Assembly: GCA_964397435.1 (NCBI GenBank)
Contig: CAYNHU010000006.1
Span: 344 to 64,343 of the forward strand
DNA length: 64,000 nt
Reading direction: 5' to 3'
Source of the DNA: an uncultured Candidatus Saccharibacteria bacterium
GTDB lineage: Bacteria > Patescibacteriota > Minisyncoccia > Phycocordibacterales > UBA9973
Positions within the stretch are counted from its first letter, which is position 1. Each line of letters starts with the position of its first letter. The position numbers and the translations under genes were made by a program. This document shows positions 19,699 through 28,914 of this stretch, piece after piece. The notes beneath the pieces were generated by a model. The model worked only from the letters and a program-made list of their open reading frames with translations. It ran no database searches and was not told where the DNA came from.

Positions 19699-19737
19699 AA
19701 AACAGCAGGGCGCGCGAAGCGCGCCCTGCTGTTTTGC
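19699..19737 (+). terminator. Terminator after fusA
   Basis: aacagcagggcgcgc-gaa-gcgcgccctgctgtttt. Confidence 0.85.
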
Positions 19738-19801
19738 TTAGTGGCTATAAAAAAGCTTGACGTTTTGTAGAGAAATGGTATTGTTTCAAAAAATACATTA
19801 T

Positions 19802-20155
19802 ATGCCAGTTTACAACTCAACAACCAAGACCGACAATACTAAGGACAAGCCATTCGTACCTGGTAAACGTACGGCAATTACCTTACACGTAACCAACCCT
19901 TTTGCAAAAGGCTGCAAGAAAACTACATCAGTGGTTACACATACCGACTCAATGCACTATCTGGGCTATGGGCTTTGCCAAATCTTTGCCGCGCAGGGAA
20001 TTGATTTAACCCAGTACATTACACCCGGGGGTTGTTTAAGTAAAAAACTGAAACAGCTATTGGCTAACCTTACGGTACCTACCGGCAGCAGAAAGAAGCT
20101 TAAAAAGCAGGATGTTAAAACACTACAAAAGTTTTTAAATGTAAACGCACTTTAA
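19802..20155 (+). CDS. Small hypothetical basic protein in fusA-tuf insert
   Basis: ORF with possible ttgacg-16-tattgt promoter at 19757-19784. Composition differs from the neighbours; start uncertain (19757 TTG, 19775 or 19802 ATG). Confidence 0.3.
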   Translation: MPVYNSTTKTDNTKDKPFVPGKRTAITLHVTNPFAKGCKKTTSVVTHTDSMHYLGYGLCQIFAAQGIDLTQYITPGGCLSKKLKQLLANLTVPTGSRKKLKKQDVKTLQKFLNVNAL

Positions 20156-20165
20156 AACCGCACCT

Positions 20166-20333
20166 ATGACAAAAAAGAAAAAAAGTACGAACATTACTGC
20201 TAAACCTAACGCTAAAGACCAATTTCCCGGTTCAAGAGAGCGGTTAGAAAAGAAAGAAGGTGGCAGATACGGTGACATAACTTCGACTGGTTCGGGGTGT
20301 AGTCGCTCACATAAAAAGCATAAAAAAGGCTAA
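20166..20333 (+). CDS. Small lysine-rich peptide (55 aa) in fusA-tuf insert
   Basis: ATG...TAA ORF MTKKKKSTNITAKPNAKDQ...HKKHKKG, below the cutoff of the ORF track; followed by two terminator-like hairpins. Confidence 0.25.
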   Translation: MTKKKKSTNITAKPNAKDQFPGSRERLEKKEGGRYGDITSTGSGCSRSHKKHKKG

Positions 20334-20500
20334 TACTACGTTATTTTCTAAAGATTTAAGCATTTCACCGCGCGTCCCTGTTGGAGCAATCCACAGGGGC
20401 GTTTTTTCTTGACTTTTGGGTGCTTATAGGGTATTCTATCTCTGATCGCTCCTTTGGGGCGTTTTTCTTTTTGCCAAAATTGACAAAAAGAAGAAAATGT

Positions 20501-20523
20501 TGTCTAAACAGTCAATTTAGACA
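20501..20523. promoter_or_regulatory. Perfect inverted repeat (possible operator) in the tuf promoter region
   Basis: tgtctaaa-cagtcaa-tttagaca, just downstream of a ttgaca hexamer at 20480-20485. Confidence 0.4.
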
Positions 20524-20625
20524 CAGTATTAATAATTAGTATTAGTTCTTTACTGGTTCGTAGACATAGGAAAGGTACGTGTTCTCGTCACCTCTCCTTA
20601 CTCTGTGAACCGAAGAAAAAAGCTT

Positions 20626-21822
20626 ATGGCAGAAGAATTTAATCGCGCAAAGCCTCACGTTAACGTTGGTACTATCGGCCACGTTGACCACGGCAAGACT
20701 ACTTTGACAGCGGCTATCCTCACTGTTCTTAACCGACAGGGTGGTGGTTACTCATCAAAGATGAAAGGTGTTGATCAGATCGACAACGCTCCAGAAGAAA
20801 AGGCACGTGGAATCACTATTGCCCTTTCACACAACGAGTACGAAACTCCTACTCGTCACTACGCTCACATTGATGCTCCAGGTCACGCTGACTACATCAA
20901 AAACATGATTACTGGTGCAGCTCAGATGGACGGTGCAATCCTCGTGGTTGCAGCAACTGATGGTGCTATGCCACAGACACGCGAACACATCCTCCTTGCA
21001 AAACAGGTTGGTGTGCCAAAGATTATCGTGTTCCTCAACAAGTGCGACATGGTTGATGATAAAGACATGATTGATCTCGTTGAAGAAGAAATCCGCGAAC
21101 TCCTTGCAAAACAGGGCTTCGACAAGGATTGTCCAGTTATCCGCGGTTCAGGCCTCAAGGCTCTCGAATCAGCAGACAACAATGATGAATGGGCTCAGAA
21201 AGTTCTCGAACTTGCGAACACTCTCGACTCATACATCCCAATGCCAGAACGTGATCTCGATAAGCCATTCTTGATGCCTATCGAAGACATCTTCTCAATT
21301 GAAGGTCGCGGTACAGTGGTTACTGGCCGTATCGAACGTGGCGTTGTTAAAGTTGGTGAAGATATCGAAATCATCGGTATCAAAGATACAGCTAAGACAA
21401 CTGTTACAGGTATTGAAATGTTCAACAAGAACCTCAAAGAAGGTATGGCTGGCGACAACGCTGGTATCCTCCTCCGTGGTGTTAAGAAAGAAGATCTTAC
21501 ACGTGGTCAGGTTCTTGCAAAACCAGCTTCAGTTACACCTCACGTTGATTTCGAAGCTGAAGTGTACATCTTGAAAAAGGAAGAAGGTGGTCGTCACACT
21601 CCATTCATCTCTGGTTACAAGCCTCAGTTCTACGTTCGTACAACTGACGTAACTGGTGAAGTAACTCTCCCAGCAGGTAAGGAAATGGTCATGCCTGGTG
21701 ATACAGTTACATTCAAAGTCAAGCTCGTAACTCCTGTTGCGCTTGAAGAAAAACAGCGTTTTGCTATCCGCGAAGGTGGTAAGACTGTCGGTGCTGGAGT
21801 TGTTACTAAGATCGTTGCGTAA
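20626..21822 (+). CDS. tuf: Elongation factor Tu
   Basis: [19 protein letters not shown]. Start trimmed to the MAEEFNRAK Met. Confidence 0.96.
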   Translation: MAEEFNRAKPHVNVGTIGHVDHGKTTLTAAILTVLNRQGGGYSSKMKGVDQIDNAPEEKARGITIALSHNEYETPTRHYAHIDAPGHADYIKNMITGAAQMDGAILVVAATDGAMPQTREHILLAKQVGVPKIIVFLNKCDMVDDKDMIDLVEEEIRELLAKQGFDKDCPVIRGSGLKALESADNNDEWAQKVLELANTLDSYIPMPERDLDKPFLMPIEDIFSIEGRGTVVTGRIERGVVKVGEDIEIIGIKDTAKTTVTGIEMFNKNLKEGMAGDNAGILLRGVKKEDLTRGQVLAKPASVTPHVDFEAEVYILKKEEGGRHTPFISGYKPQFYVRTTDVTGEVTLPAGKEMVMPGDTVTFKVKLVTPVALEEKQRFAIREGGKTVGAGVVTKIVA

Positions 21823-21831
21823 TCTGAGTTA

Positions 21832-21858
21832 GGGTGCGATGCCTATGGCATCGCACCC
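21832..21858 (+). terminator. Hairpin after tuf (no clear U-tract)
   Basis: gggtgcgatgcc-tat-ggcatcgcaccc. Confidence 0.55.
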
Positions 21859-21884
21859 AACCCAGAAAACGCTTTCCTCCTATT

Positions 21885-22241
21885 ATGGCTACAGCGACAA
21901 AACCAAAAAAGACTGCCAAGAGTAAAGAGGAAGGTGTGGTGAAATTGCGCATCCGAGTCCGCGCTTATGAGAATAAAATTCTCGATGCATCTGTAAAACA
22001 GATCATGGACACAGCTGCTCGTTACGATGCAGTAGTCCTCGGCCCGATTCCGATGCCGACTGAAATTAAAAAATATACAGTCAATCGCTCATCATTCATC
22101 TACAAAAATACTCGCGAGCAGTTTGAAATTCGAATACACAAGCGTGTAATCGACATTGTTAATCCTAATCAAAAGACCATTGAAGCACTTACCAACCTCT
22201 CACTCCCATCAGGAGTCGATGTTGATGTGAAAATGCTCTAG
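21885..22241 (+). CDS. rpsJ: 30S ribosomal protein S10
   Basis: S10 core LRIRVRAYENKILD...; start at the MATATKPKK Met. Confidence 0.9.
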   Translation: MATATKPKKTAKSKEEGVVKLRIRVRAYENKILDASVKQIMDTAARYDAVVLGPIPMPTEIKKYTVNRSSFIYKNTREQFEIRIHKRVIDIVNPNQKTIEALTNLSLPSGVDVDVKML

Positions 22242-22268
22242 TAGCATATAGCAAAGTGCGAGAATCCC

Positions 22269-22883
22269 ATGAAATTTCTTATCGGTACAAAAGTGGAGAT
22301 GGTGCAGTACTTTACCGAAGACGGTAAAGTAGTCCCATCAACTGTTATCGCCACAGGACCTGCCACAGTTACACAGGTGAAGACGAAAGCAAAGGACGGC
22401 TACGATGCTATCCAAATCGGCTGGGGTGAACAGAAAAAAGAGCGCCAGACAAAACCTTTCTTGGGTCACGTCAAAGAGCTCGGTTCATTCCGATACGTCA
22501 AGGAATACCGTTCAAAAAACGGTCAGCTCCCTGAAGTAAAAGTCGGCGATGTTATTGAAATGTCACAGTTTCAAGCAGGTGACACAGTTCGTGTTACAGG
22601 CACATCAAAAGCAAAAGGTTTCCAAGGTGTTGTGAAGCGTCACGGCTTTGCCGGCGGTCCACGCACCCACGGTCAGAAACATTCTGAACGTGAACCAGGT
22701 TCTATCGGTGGCGGTCTCCGCACACGCGTTCCAAAAGGTATGCGTATGGCAGGACGCACTGGTGGTGACATTGTTACAGTTCAAAATCTTAAAATCGTTG
22801 ATGTCGATACAGCGAATAACCTCTTAGTGGTTAAAGGAGCAATTCCAGGACGCCGTGGTACGGTTGTCTCAATTGTCGGTTAA
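22269..22883 (+). CDS. rplC: 50S ribosomal protein L3
   Basis: L3 motifs; conserved order. Confidence 0.93.
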   Translation: MKFLIGTKVEMVQYFTEDGKVVPSTVIATGPATVTQVKTKAKDGYDAIQIGWGEQKKERQTKPFLGHVKELGSFRYVKEYRSKNGQLPEVKVGDVIEMSQFQAGDTVRVTGTSKAKGFQGVVKRHGFAGGPRTHGQKHSEREPGSIGGGLRTRVPKGMRMAGRTGGDIVTVQNLKIVDVDTANNLLVVKGAIPGRRGTVVSIVG

Positions 22884-22887
22884 TTCT

Positions 22888-23616
22888 ATGGCTACAAAAA
22901 CTACAGCAAAGAAGACTGTTGCAAAAAAGGAACCAAAAGTTTCTGCAGCAGCAACTGAAGCGAAGCTTTACAGCCTCGCCGGCAAGGAAGTAGGTACTGT
23001 TGATCTCCCAAAAGAAATCTTCGGTCTTACATTTAATTCTGACCTTGTCCACCAAGTGGTTACTTCAATGATGTCTAATGCCCGTGCTGGCACAGCTGAT
23101 ACCAAAGGTCGCGGAGAAGTTCGCGGCGGTGGTCGTAAGCCATGGAAGCAAAAGGGTACAGGACGCGCACGTCACGGTTCATCACGTTCTCCAATTTGGA
23201 AAGGTGGTGGCGTAACACACGGCCCACTCGCTGAAAAAAATTACAAGAAAAAAATCAACAAGAAGATGCGTGTCAAAGCTCTCTTTATGGTTCTTTCACA
23301 GAAACTTAAGGATGGTAACATTCTCTTCATTGATTCTCTTGAATTCAAAACAGCAAAAACAAAGGATGCTGCAAAAGCATTCGGAACACTTGCAAAAGTT
23401 TCAGGCTTCGAACGTTTGGCTGGCAAGAAGCGTACAGCACTCGTTGCTCTCCCAGAGAAAAACGATAGTACACTTCGCGCTATCAAAAACCTTCCTCAGC
23501 TCGAAACAGCATATGTTAAAGATTTGAATCCGGTCGAACTTTTGAGCAGTAAGTATCTTGTCATGACTGACACAAAGAAATCTTTCGATACACTTTTGTC
23601 ACGTCTTGCTAAATAA
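22888..23616 (+). CDS. rplD: 50S ribosomal protein L4
   Basis: L4 similarity, including the GTGRAR-containing core. Confidence 0.9.
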   Translation: MATKTTAKKTVAKKEPKVSAAATEAKLYSLAGKEVGTVDLPKEIFGLTFNSDLVHQVVTSMMSNARAGTADTKGRGEVRGGGRKPWKQKGTGRARHGSSRSPIWKGGGVTHGPLAEKNYKKKINKKMRVKALFMVLSQKLKDGNILFIDSLEFKTAKTKDAAKAFGTLAKVSGFERLAGKKRTALVALPEKNDSTLRAIKNLPQLETAYVKDLNPVELLSSKYLVMTDTKKSFDTLLSRLAK

Positions 23617-23621
23617 GTTTT

Positions 23622-23963
23622 ATGGCAACAAAGAAAACAGCTGCGAAAGAAGTCGTACCAGCAACAAAATCAGCTTCTGTTCACACAGTCTTGAAAGAAG
23701 CAGCGATCGTTCGCCCTCGCATTACAGAAAAGGCAACACAAGTCGTTGAGGGCAATGTGTATACATTCAACATTGCTCCAAACGCAACAAAAACTGAAGT
23801 CAAAGAAGCTATCGTAAAACTTTATAAAGTTACTCCTCTCAAGGTTAACGTTGTAAAGATTCGCGCTCGCAAAGTCTTTGTCCGAGGTAAGCGCGGTGTA
23901 ACCGCAGGTGGTCGAAAAGCATACGTCTACCTCAAGAAAGGTGACAAAATTGAGTTAATGTAA
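23622..23963 (+). CDS. rplW: 50S ribosomal protein L23
   Basis: L23 core. Confidence 0.92.
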   Translation: MATKKTAAKEVVPATKSASVHTVLKEAAIVRPRITEKATQVVEGNVYTFNIAPNATKTEVKEAIVKLYKVTPLKVNVVKIRARKVFVRGKRGVTAGGRKAYVYLKKGDKIELM

Positions 23964-24814
23964 TGAAAACCTACAAACCTACAAGTGCTGCACGTCGTCA
24001 GCTTCAAACTGTAAACTACAAGGAGAAGCTCTCAGGCGCTGCTAAGCCACTCAAGTCATTGACGAAAGGTAGAAAGCGTTCAGTTGGACGCAACAACATG
24101 GGCCGCATTACTACTCGCCACAAAGGCGGTGGTAACAAGCGAGTCTATCGAGAAATTGATTTCTTGTATAACAAGAAAGAAATTCCTGCGAAGATTGCCT
24201 CTGTTGAATACGATCCAAACCGTACAGCATTCATTGCACTCGCAGTGTATGCCGATGGTGAAAAGCGCTACGTAGTTGCTTCAAAGACTACCAAAGTTGG
24301 TGACGAATTCATTGTGTCTGAAAAAGCTACATTGAAACCAGGTAACCGACTTCCACTCAAATACATCCCTGTTGGTATGTTTGTCTACAACGTTGAACTC
24401 AAACCAAATGGCGGCGCTAAGCTCGTTCGAGGCGCAGGTACATTTGCTCAAGTTGTTGCGAACGCCGACGGATACACAAACATCAAGATGCCTTCAAGTG
24501 AAGTTCGAAAAGTTTCTGAACTCTGCTGGGCTACAATTGGTGAAGTATCAAACGACGAGAACAAACTTCGAAACTTTGGTAAAGCTGGACGCTCACGATG
24601 GAAGGGTATTCGCCCAACTGTTCGTGGCTCAGTGATGAACCCTGTAGATCACCCGTATGGTGGTGGTGAAGGACGCCAAGGCCGCGGTATGCGCCGTCCG
24701 AAGACACTCTGGGGTAAAGTTACAGGAGGACGCAAAACACGTACTCCAAAGAAGTACTCAAACCTCTTTATTGTCTCACGACGCGTTACTGGCAAAAAAG
24801 GAAAACAAGCTTAA
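23963..24814 (+). CDS. rplB: 50S ribosomal protein L2
   Basis: L2 motifs; length. Confidence 0.95.
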   Translation: MKTYKPTSAARRQLQTVNYKEKLSGAAKPLKSLTKGRKRSVGRNNMGRITTRHKGGGNKRVYREIDFLYNKKEIPAKIASVEYDPNRTAFIALAVYADGEKRYVVASKTTKVGDEFIVSEKATLKPGNRLPLKYIPVGMFVYNVELKPNGGAKLVRGAGTFAQVVANADGYTNIKMPSSEVRKVSELCWATIGEVSNDENKLRNFGKAGRSRWKGIRPTVRGSVMNPVDHPYGGGEGRQGRGMRRPKTLWGKVTGGRKTRTPKKYSNLFIVSRRVTGKKGKQA

Positions 24815-24845
24815 AACAAAATACATCGAGAGAATGTATTTCACA

Positions 24846-24880
24846 AAAACCCGCCTGCAAGCGGGTTTTTGTATTTTTTG
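24846..24880 (+). terminator. Terminator after rplB (member of a repeated element, see findings)
   Basis: aaaacccgc-ctgcaa-gcgggtttttgtatttttt. Confidence 0.85.
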
Positions 24881-24893
24881 ATATACTCACACT

Positions 24894-25292
24894 ATGTTTG
24901 ATGAACCAGCAAAAGAGCTCGAAGCATTCAGCGTCGTAAAGCGAGGGAAAAGTTTTAAATACGCGTTACGCGGTATTGTCGTTCTTGTTCGCACGCAACA
25001 CAATATGTGGTTTCACATTCTCGCTGGTGTCGCGACAATCGCACTTGGTGTATATCTCGCGGTTACTCCGCTCGAATGGATTGCGCTTGTTATGGCTATC
25101 TCACTTGTTGTTATAACCGAAGCTATTAACACAGCAATTGAATTTGATATTGATCTTACCAGTCCCGAAGAACATCCGTTTGCTCGTGACACAAAAGACG
25201 TCGCTGCTGGTGCCGTCTTGCTTGCATCAATCGCTGCGTGTGCGATTGGTCTCATTATTTTTGTACCAAAGTTTGTTGCTCTATGCGCGTAG
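24894..25292 (+). CDS. dgkA: Diacylglycerol/undecaprenol kinase family (DgkA)
   Basis: Three-TM small kinase with EAINTAIE motif. Confidence 0.75.
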   Translation: MFDEPAKELEAFSVVKRGKSFKYALRGIVVLVRTQHNMWFHILAGVATIALGVYLAVTPLEWIALVMAISLVVITEAINTAIEFDIDLTSPEEHPFARDTKDVAAGAVLLASIAACAIGLIIFVPKFVALCA

Positions 25293-25299
25293 AGTGTGT

Positions 25300-26100
25300 C
25301 TAAATTTCCGGAATCTCAACAACTTCAAGTTTAATTGAAGGACTAAACCATTCACGTGCAAGTTTTTCAAAGTGATCGGTTTTCTTACTGATCATAAATT
25401 CACGAGTCTGACGTTTTGTTAGTCGCTGCTCTATCTCAGTATGTCGCTTGAGATAGTCGGCGACTTTTTTGTTGATGAATTCATCTTGCGAAACAAGTTT
25501 AATGTTTGGACCAATGTATTCACGAATTTCTTTTTTGAGAATAGGGTAGTGCGTGCAGCCAAGTACAAGTGTATCAATCTTTTTTTCAAGTAATGGTTTC
25601 AAATATTCTTTAAGTACTGGTTTTACCAATTCCCATTCACCGTTTTCAATGAACGGAACGAGGAGCGGTGCAGCTTGTTGAAACACGCGAATGTGTGTAC
25701 TCGCTTTCTTGAATTTCTTTTCGTATGTTTTTGATTCAACCGTTGCTGTCGTTCCTAAAATACCGACACGATCAGCATTAAGTGATTCTTCGATTGCAGG
25801 GATGATAACACCAAGTACACGACGGTCGGGATAGTGAGCCGGCAGATATTCTTGCTGGATTCTGCGTAGTGCTTCTGCTGATGCAGTGTTACATGCAACA
25901 ATAATGAGGGCACAATCTTTTTGAAACAAAAGGGATACGCCATTTTTGAGAAATGAGTAAATGGCATCTTTGCTTTTGTCGCCATAGGGGAGGTGGATCG
26001 TATCACCGAGGTAGACATAATCGTATTCTGGTAAATGCGAAACAATACTTTTCATGGTGAAAAGTCCGCCAAGACCTGAATCGAAAATACCGATTTTCAT
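25300..26100 (-). CDS. murI: Glutamate racemase
   Basis: KIGIFDSGLGGL, VACNTAS and GCTHYP motifs. Start at the MKIGIF Met. Confidence 0.88.
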   Translation of the reverse strand: MKIGIFDSGLGGLFTMKSIVSHLPEYDYVYLGDTIHLPYGDKSKDAIYSFLKNGVSLLFQKDCALIIVACNTASAEALRRIQQEYLPAHYPDRRVLGVIIPAIEESLNADRVGILGTTATVESKTYEKKFKKASTHIRVFQQAAPLLVPFIENGEWELVKPVLKEYLKPLLEKKIDTLVLGCTHYPILKKEIREYIGPNIKLVSQDEFINKKVADYLKRHTEIEQRLTKRQTREFMISKKTDHFEKLAREWFSPSIKLEVVEIPEI

Positions 26101-26259
26101 ACCCACACTATATATGAAAATTTTCAAAAAAGCACTTTAGGAAGTAGAAGACTTATATAAAGTATTTACATCAAAGTAGGATATTTCGTTTGGCAGCTAG
26201 TTGTTGATTGATTGACATCTCGGGTTAAACATCGTAATGTGTTTTCAAATATACACAAC

Positions 26260-27006
26260 ATGAAAAAAAGATTAATTTCCGCTAAACCCTCTGATCGTAT
26301 AGTACTTGCCCTCGATAATATGCAGTCATACGATGACTTCAAAAAACTAGCAGAACAACTTGCCGGACAAATTGGCTGGTTTAAAGTTGGTTTTGAAACA
26401 CTTCTGCGTTTTGGTGCCGAAAATGCTATTGCTGTCGGTAAACATAATGGTATTCGTGTGTTTGCTGACGCTAAGCTTAAAGACATACCCAAAACAATGG
26501 AGCTTGCTTCTAAGGTTTTGGTTGATGCCGGTGCCTCGATGTTTAACATTCACGCTTCAAATACTGTTGAGGCAATTCAATCAGCAGCACATGCAAAAGG
26601 TGATGCGCTACTGCTTGGTGTAACAATACTTACTTCGTACGATGAACGTCAGTGCGCTGAAGTGTACGGTGCAACACCGCGTTTTAAAACACTGCACTTT
26701 GCTTCGCGCGTATGCGAGCATGGTGCTGATGGTGTGGTATGTTCATCGCAGGAATTGGTGGCACTTAACGAAAACCCGTCAACGGCAGATATTATTAAAG
26801 TTGTGCCTGGAATTCAGCCACTTTATATGAGTGCTAACGACCAGAGACGTGTAATGACACCGTTTGACGCTATTAAAGCAGGTGCTGATTTGCTGGTTAT
26901 CGGCCGTGCTATTACCGATGCACATAAGTATCCTAATGTGGGGACACCTGCATATGCGGCAGAAGTAATTAGTCAGGAGATAGAGCACGCCTTAATGGAA
27001 GTATAA
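26260..27006 (+). CDS. pyrF: Orotidine-5'-phosphate decarboxylase
   Basis: IVLALD and ADAKLKDIPKTM (K-x-D-I-P-x-T) motifs. Start at the MKKRLIS Met. Confidence 0.85.
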   Translation: MKKRLISAKPSDRIVLALDNMQSYDDFKKLAEQLAGQIGWFKVGFETLLRFGAENAIAVGKHNGIRVFADAKLKDIPKTMELASKVLVDAGASMFNIHASNTVEAIQSAAHAKGDALLLGVTILTSYDERQCAEVYGATPRFKTLHFASRVCEHGADGVVCSSQELVALNENPSTADIIKVVPGIQPLYMSANDQRRVMTPFDAIKAGADLLVIGRAITDAHKYPNVGTPAYAAEVISQEIEHALMEV

Positions 27007-27029
27007 AAAGAAGATAGATAATACGTAAA

Positions 27030-27067
27030 ATGAGCGGACGCGCTAGCGCGTCCGCTCTCTTTTTTAT
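27030..27067. terminator. Bidirectional terminator between pyrF and pyrE
   Basis: gagcggacgcgc-tag-gcgcgtccgctc followed by tttttt; a second weaker hairpin at 27076-27100. Confidence 0.8.
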
Positions 27068-27156
27068 TTTAGGAAAGAAAAAAACCGAAGGGATTTGCAT
27101 CCCTCCGGCCACCTGTGAAAGCTCCCATTCCGTGAGAGTTTCTTTATAATTATTTT

Positions 27157-27827
27157 TTACGCGTGTTGTTGTTTGCGTGCATCGCTCCATGCCTGAGGAT
27201 CTTTATACCAGTCCTCCAGTAACGGTAATTGTCGTTCGGTTATATAACCTTCTATAACGGCTACCGGTAGCAATGTTTTGTAATCATTCAGCATATAGTA
27301 CAGACACGCAGCAGTTTTAAATACTTCATGCGCTTTTGGAAAACCATAGCTAAACAACGCTGCCAATCCCAACACCTCAACACCTTCGCTACGCAAAGCT
27401 TCTACCACTTTAAGAGAACTTCCGCCTGTTGGAATCAGGTCTTCAATCACAACCGCACGTTGGCCTTTTTTATATACGCCTTCGATTAGGTTGGTTAATC
27501 CATGTGCTTTTGGTGAGCTGCGCACGTACACAAACGGTAATTTAAAGTCTTGTGCTACCAGCATTCCATGGGGTATACCCGCGGTTGCTACACCGGCAAT
27601 AAGGTTTACCTGTGGAAATTTGGTTTTTATGAGATTTGCGAAACAAACCATGAGCATAGTTCGTAACTCATGGTCCCCGAGTGTTTTACGGTGTCCGCGT
27701 ATATCGGACTCAGTAACCCACTTACCCATGTAAATGGGTTTTCGGGTCGTAGGGTGATAATTTCCTGATCTAAATACACTGCTTGATATGCCGCGAGCGT
27801 TTTCAGGGTTAAATAAGCCAATTTCAT
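27157..27827 (-). pseudogene. pyrE: Orotate phosphoribosyltransferase, disrupted by a 1-nt frameshift near 27691-27696
   Basis: N-terminal ~45 aa (MKLAYL...PENPFTWVSGLLSPIYAD) are in the frame of ORF 27627..27827. The rest (RKTLGDHELRTML...VVIEDLIPTGGS...) is in the frame of ORF 27157..27915. Together they make a full PyrE. Confidence 0.7.
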
Positions 27828-27908
27828 GGTCGTTGAACGATGTTTGGGATTGCATAAAGCATGAATTTGTCCTTAATGTACAATTTATCCATATAAAGTC
27901 AATGTAAT

Positions 27909-27937
27909 TTGACACAAAGGCACTCTTCTGCTACTAT
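27909..27937 (+). promoter_or_regulatory. Near-consensus sigma70 promoter for the rpsS-rplE operon
   Basis: ttgaca, 17 nt, tactat; followed by a ~170-nt leader. Confidence 0.6.
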
Positions 27938-28106
27938 CATTGGCATCGGCTCTCTCTCAAGAGCCCTTTTCATTAGTCTACGTTCCAGTTTCCAGGAATG
28001 CTGAATAATGAGTTTTATTGTTAACTTGGGCAGCAAAACCATTACATTTGCAAGCCTTAATAACCGGATGGGAGGCTCGAACCTCATAACCATCCGACAT
28101 CACTAC

Positions 28107-28451
28107 ATGACACGATCACTCAAGAAAGGAATGTATGTCGATGAGCGCCTCCTCAAGAAGATCGAAGGAAAAGATCCTCAGAAAACAGGCGTCATCAAGA
28201 CATGGTCACGTGCATCACAAATCGCACCAGAAATGGTGGGGTTTATTTTCGGCGTTCACAACGGCAAAACACACGTTGAAGTTTTGGTCACCGAAGACAT
28301 GGTCGGACACAGACTCGGCGAATTCTCTTTGACTCGCAAGTTTACAAAACACGGCGGTAAAATGCAGAAAGAACTTGAAGCAAAGAAGAAGGAAGCAGAA
28401 GTCGCAGCAGCTCAGGCAGCAAAAGCCTCAACTACTGATAAGAAGAAATAA
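28107..28451 (+). CDS. rpsS: 30S ribosomal protein S19
   Basis: [16 protein letters not shown] and VHNGK motifs. Start trimmed to MTRSLKKG. Confidence 0.93.
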   Translation: MTRSLKKGMYVDERLLKKIEGKDPQKTGVIKTWSRASQIAPEMVGFIFGVHNGKTHVEVLVTEDMVGHRLGEFSLTRKFTKHGGKMQKELEAKKKEAEVAAAQAAKASTTDKKK

Positions 28452-28462
28452 GAGTCCATACT

Positions 28463-28900
28463 ATGAAAGCATTACTCTCAAATTACAGGCAAGCTCCTCG
28501 TAAGGTCCGATTGGCTGCAAAGTCACTCGTCGGAAAGAACGTTAAGGAAGCTCAAATGGAACTCCGCTTTATGGTTAAGCGCGCAGCTGCTCCTCTCGAG
28601 AAACTTCTCGCTTCAGCAGTAGCTAACGCAGTTAACCAGACAGGTGCTGATGTTAACAACCTTATCATCAAGGAACTCCGCGTTGATAAAGGTGTTGTGC
28701 TCCACCGCTCGATGCCACGTGCATTCGGACGAGCATCACGCATTCAGAAACGCTCAAGTCACATCACACTCGTCTTAGCAGAAAAGAACGCAGCAACTCC
28801 AAAGAAAGCAGCAAAGACTGAAAAGGCTCCAAAAGCAGCAAAGGAAACAAAAACAGCAAAACCAAAGGTCGCAAAGAAAAAGACAACTACTAAAAAATAA
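28463..28900 (+). CDS. rplV: 50S ribosomal protein L22 (with Lys/Ala-rich C-terminal tail)
   Basis: L22 core. Confidence 0.92.
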   Translation: MKALLSNYRQAPRKVRLAAKSLVGKNVKEAQMELRFMVKRAAAPLEKLLASAVANAVNQTGADVNNLIIKELRVDKGVVLHRSMPRAFGRASRIQKRSSHITLVLAEKNAATPKKAAKTEKAPKAAKETKTAKPKVAKKKTTTKK

Positions 28901-28914
28901 GTAGCACATCATAT

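Noticed and set aside
19757-19801. TTG start at 19757 for the first ORF of the fusA-tuf cassette
   Set aside because: The TTG is the first hexamer (ttgacg) of a promoter-like -35/-10 pair, so translation more plausibly starts at a downstream ATG (19775 or 19802). The ORF itself is kept only at low confidence.
27830-27915. First ~30 codons of ORF 27157..27915 (MSNYIDFIWINCTLR…)
   Set aside because: They have no PyrE similarity. The real N-terminus is in another frame (27627..27827), so this stretch is read-through upstream of a frameshifted gene.
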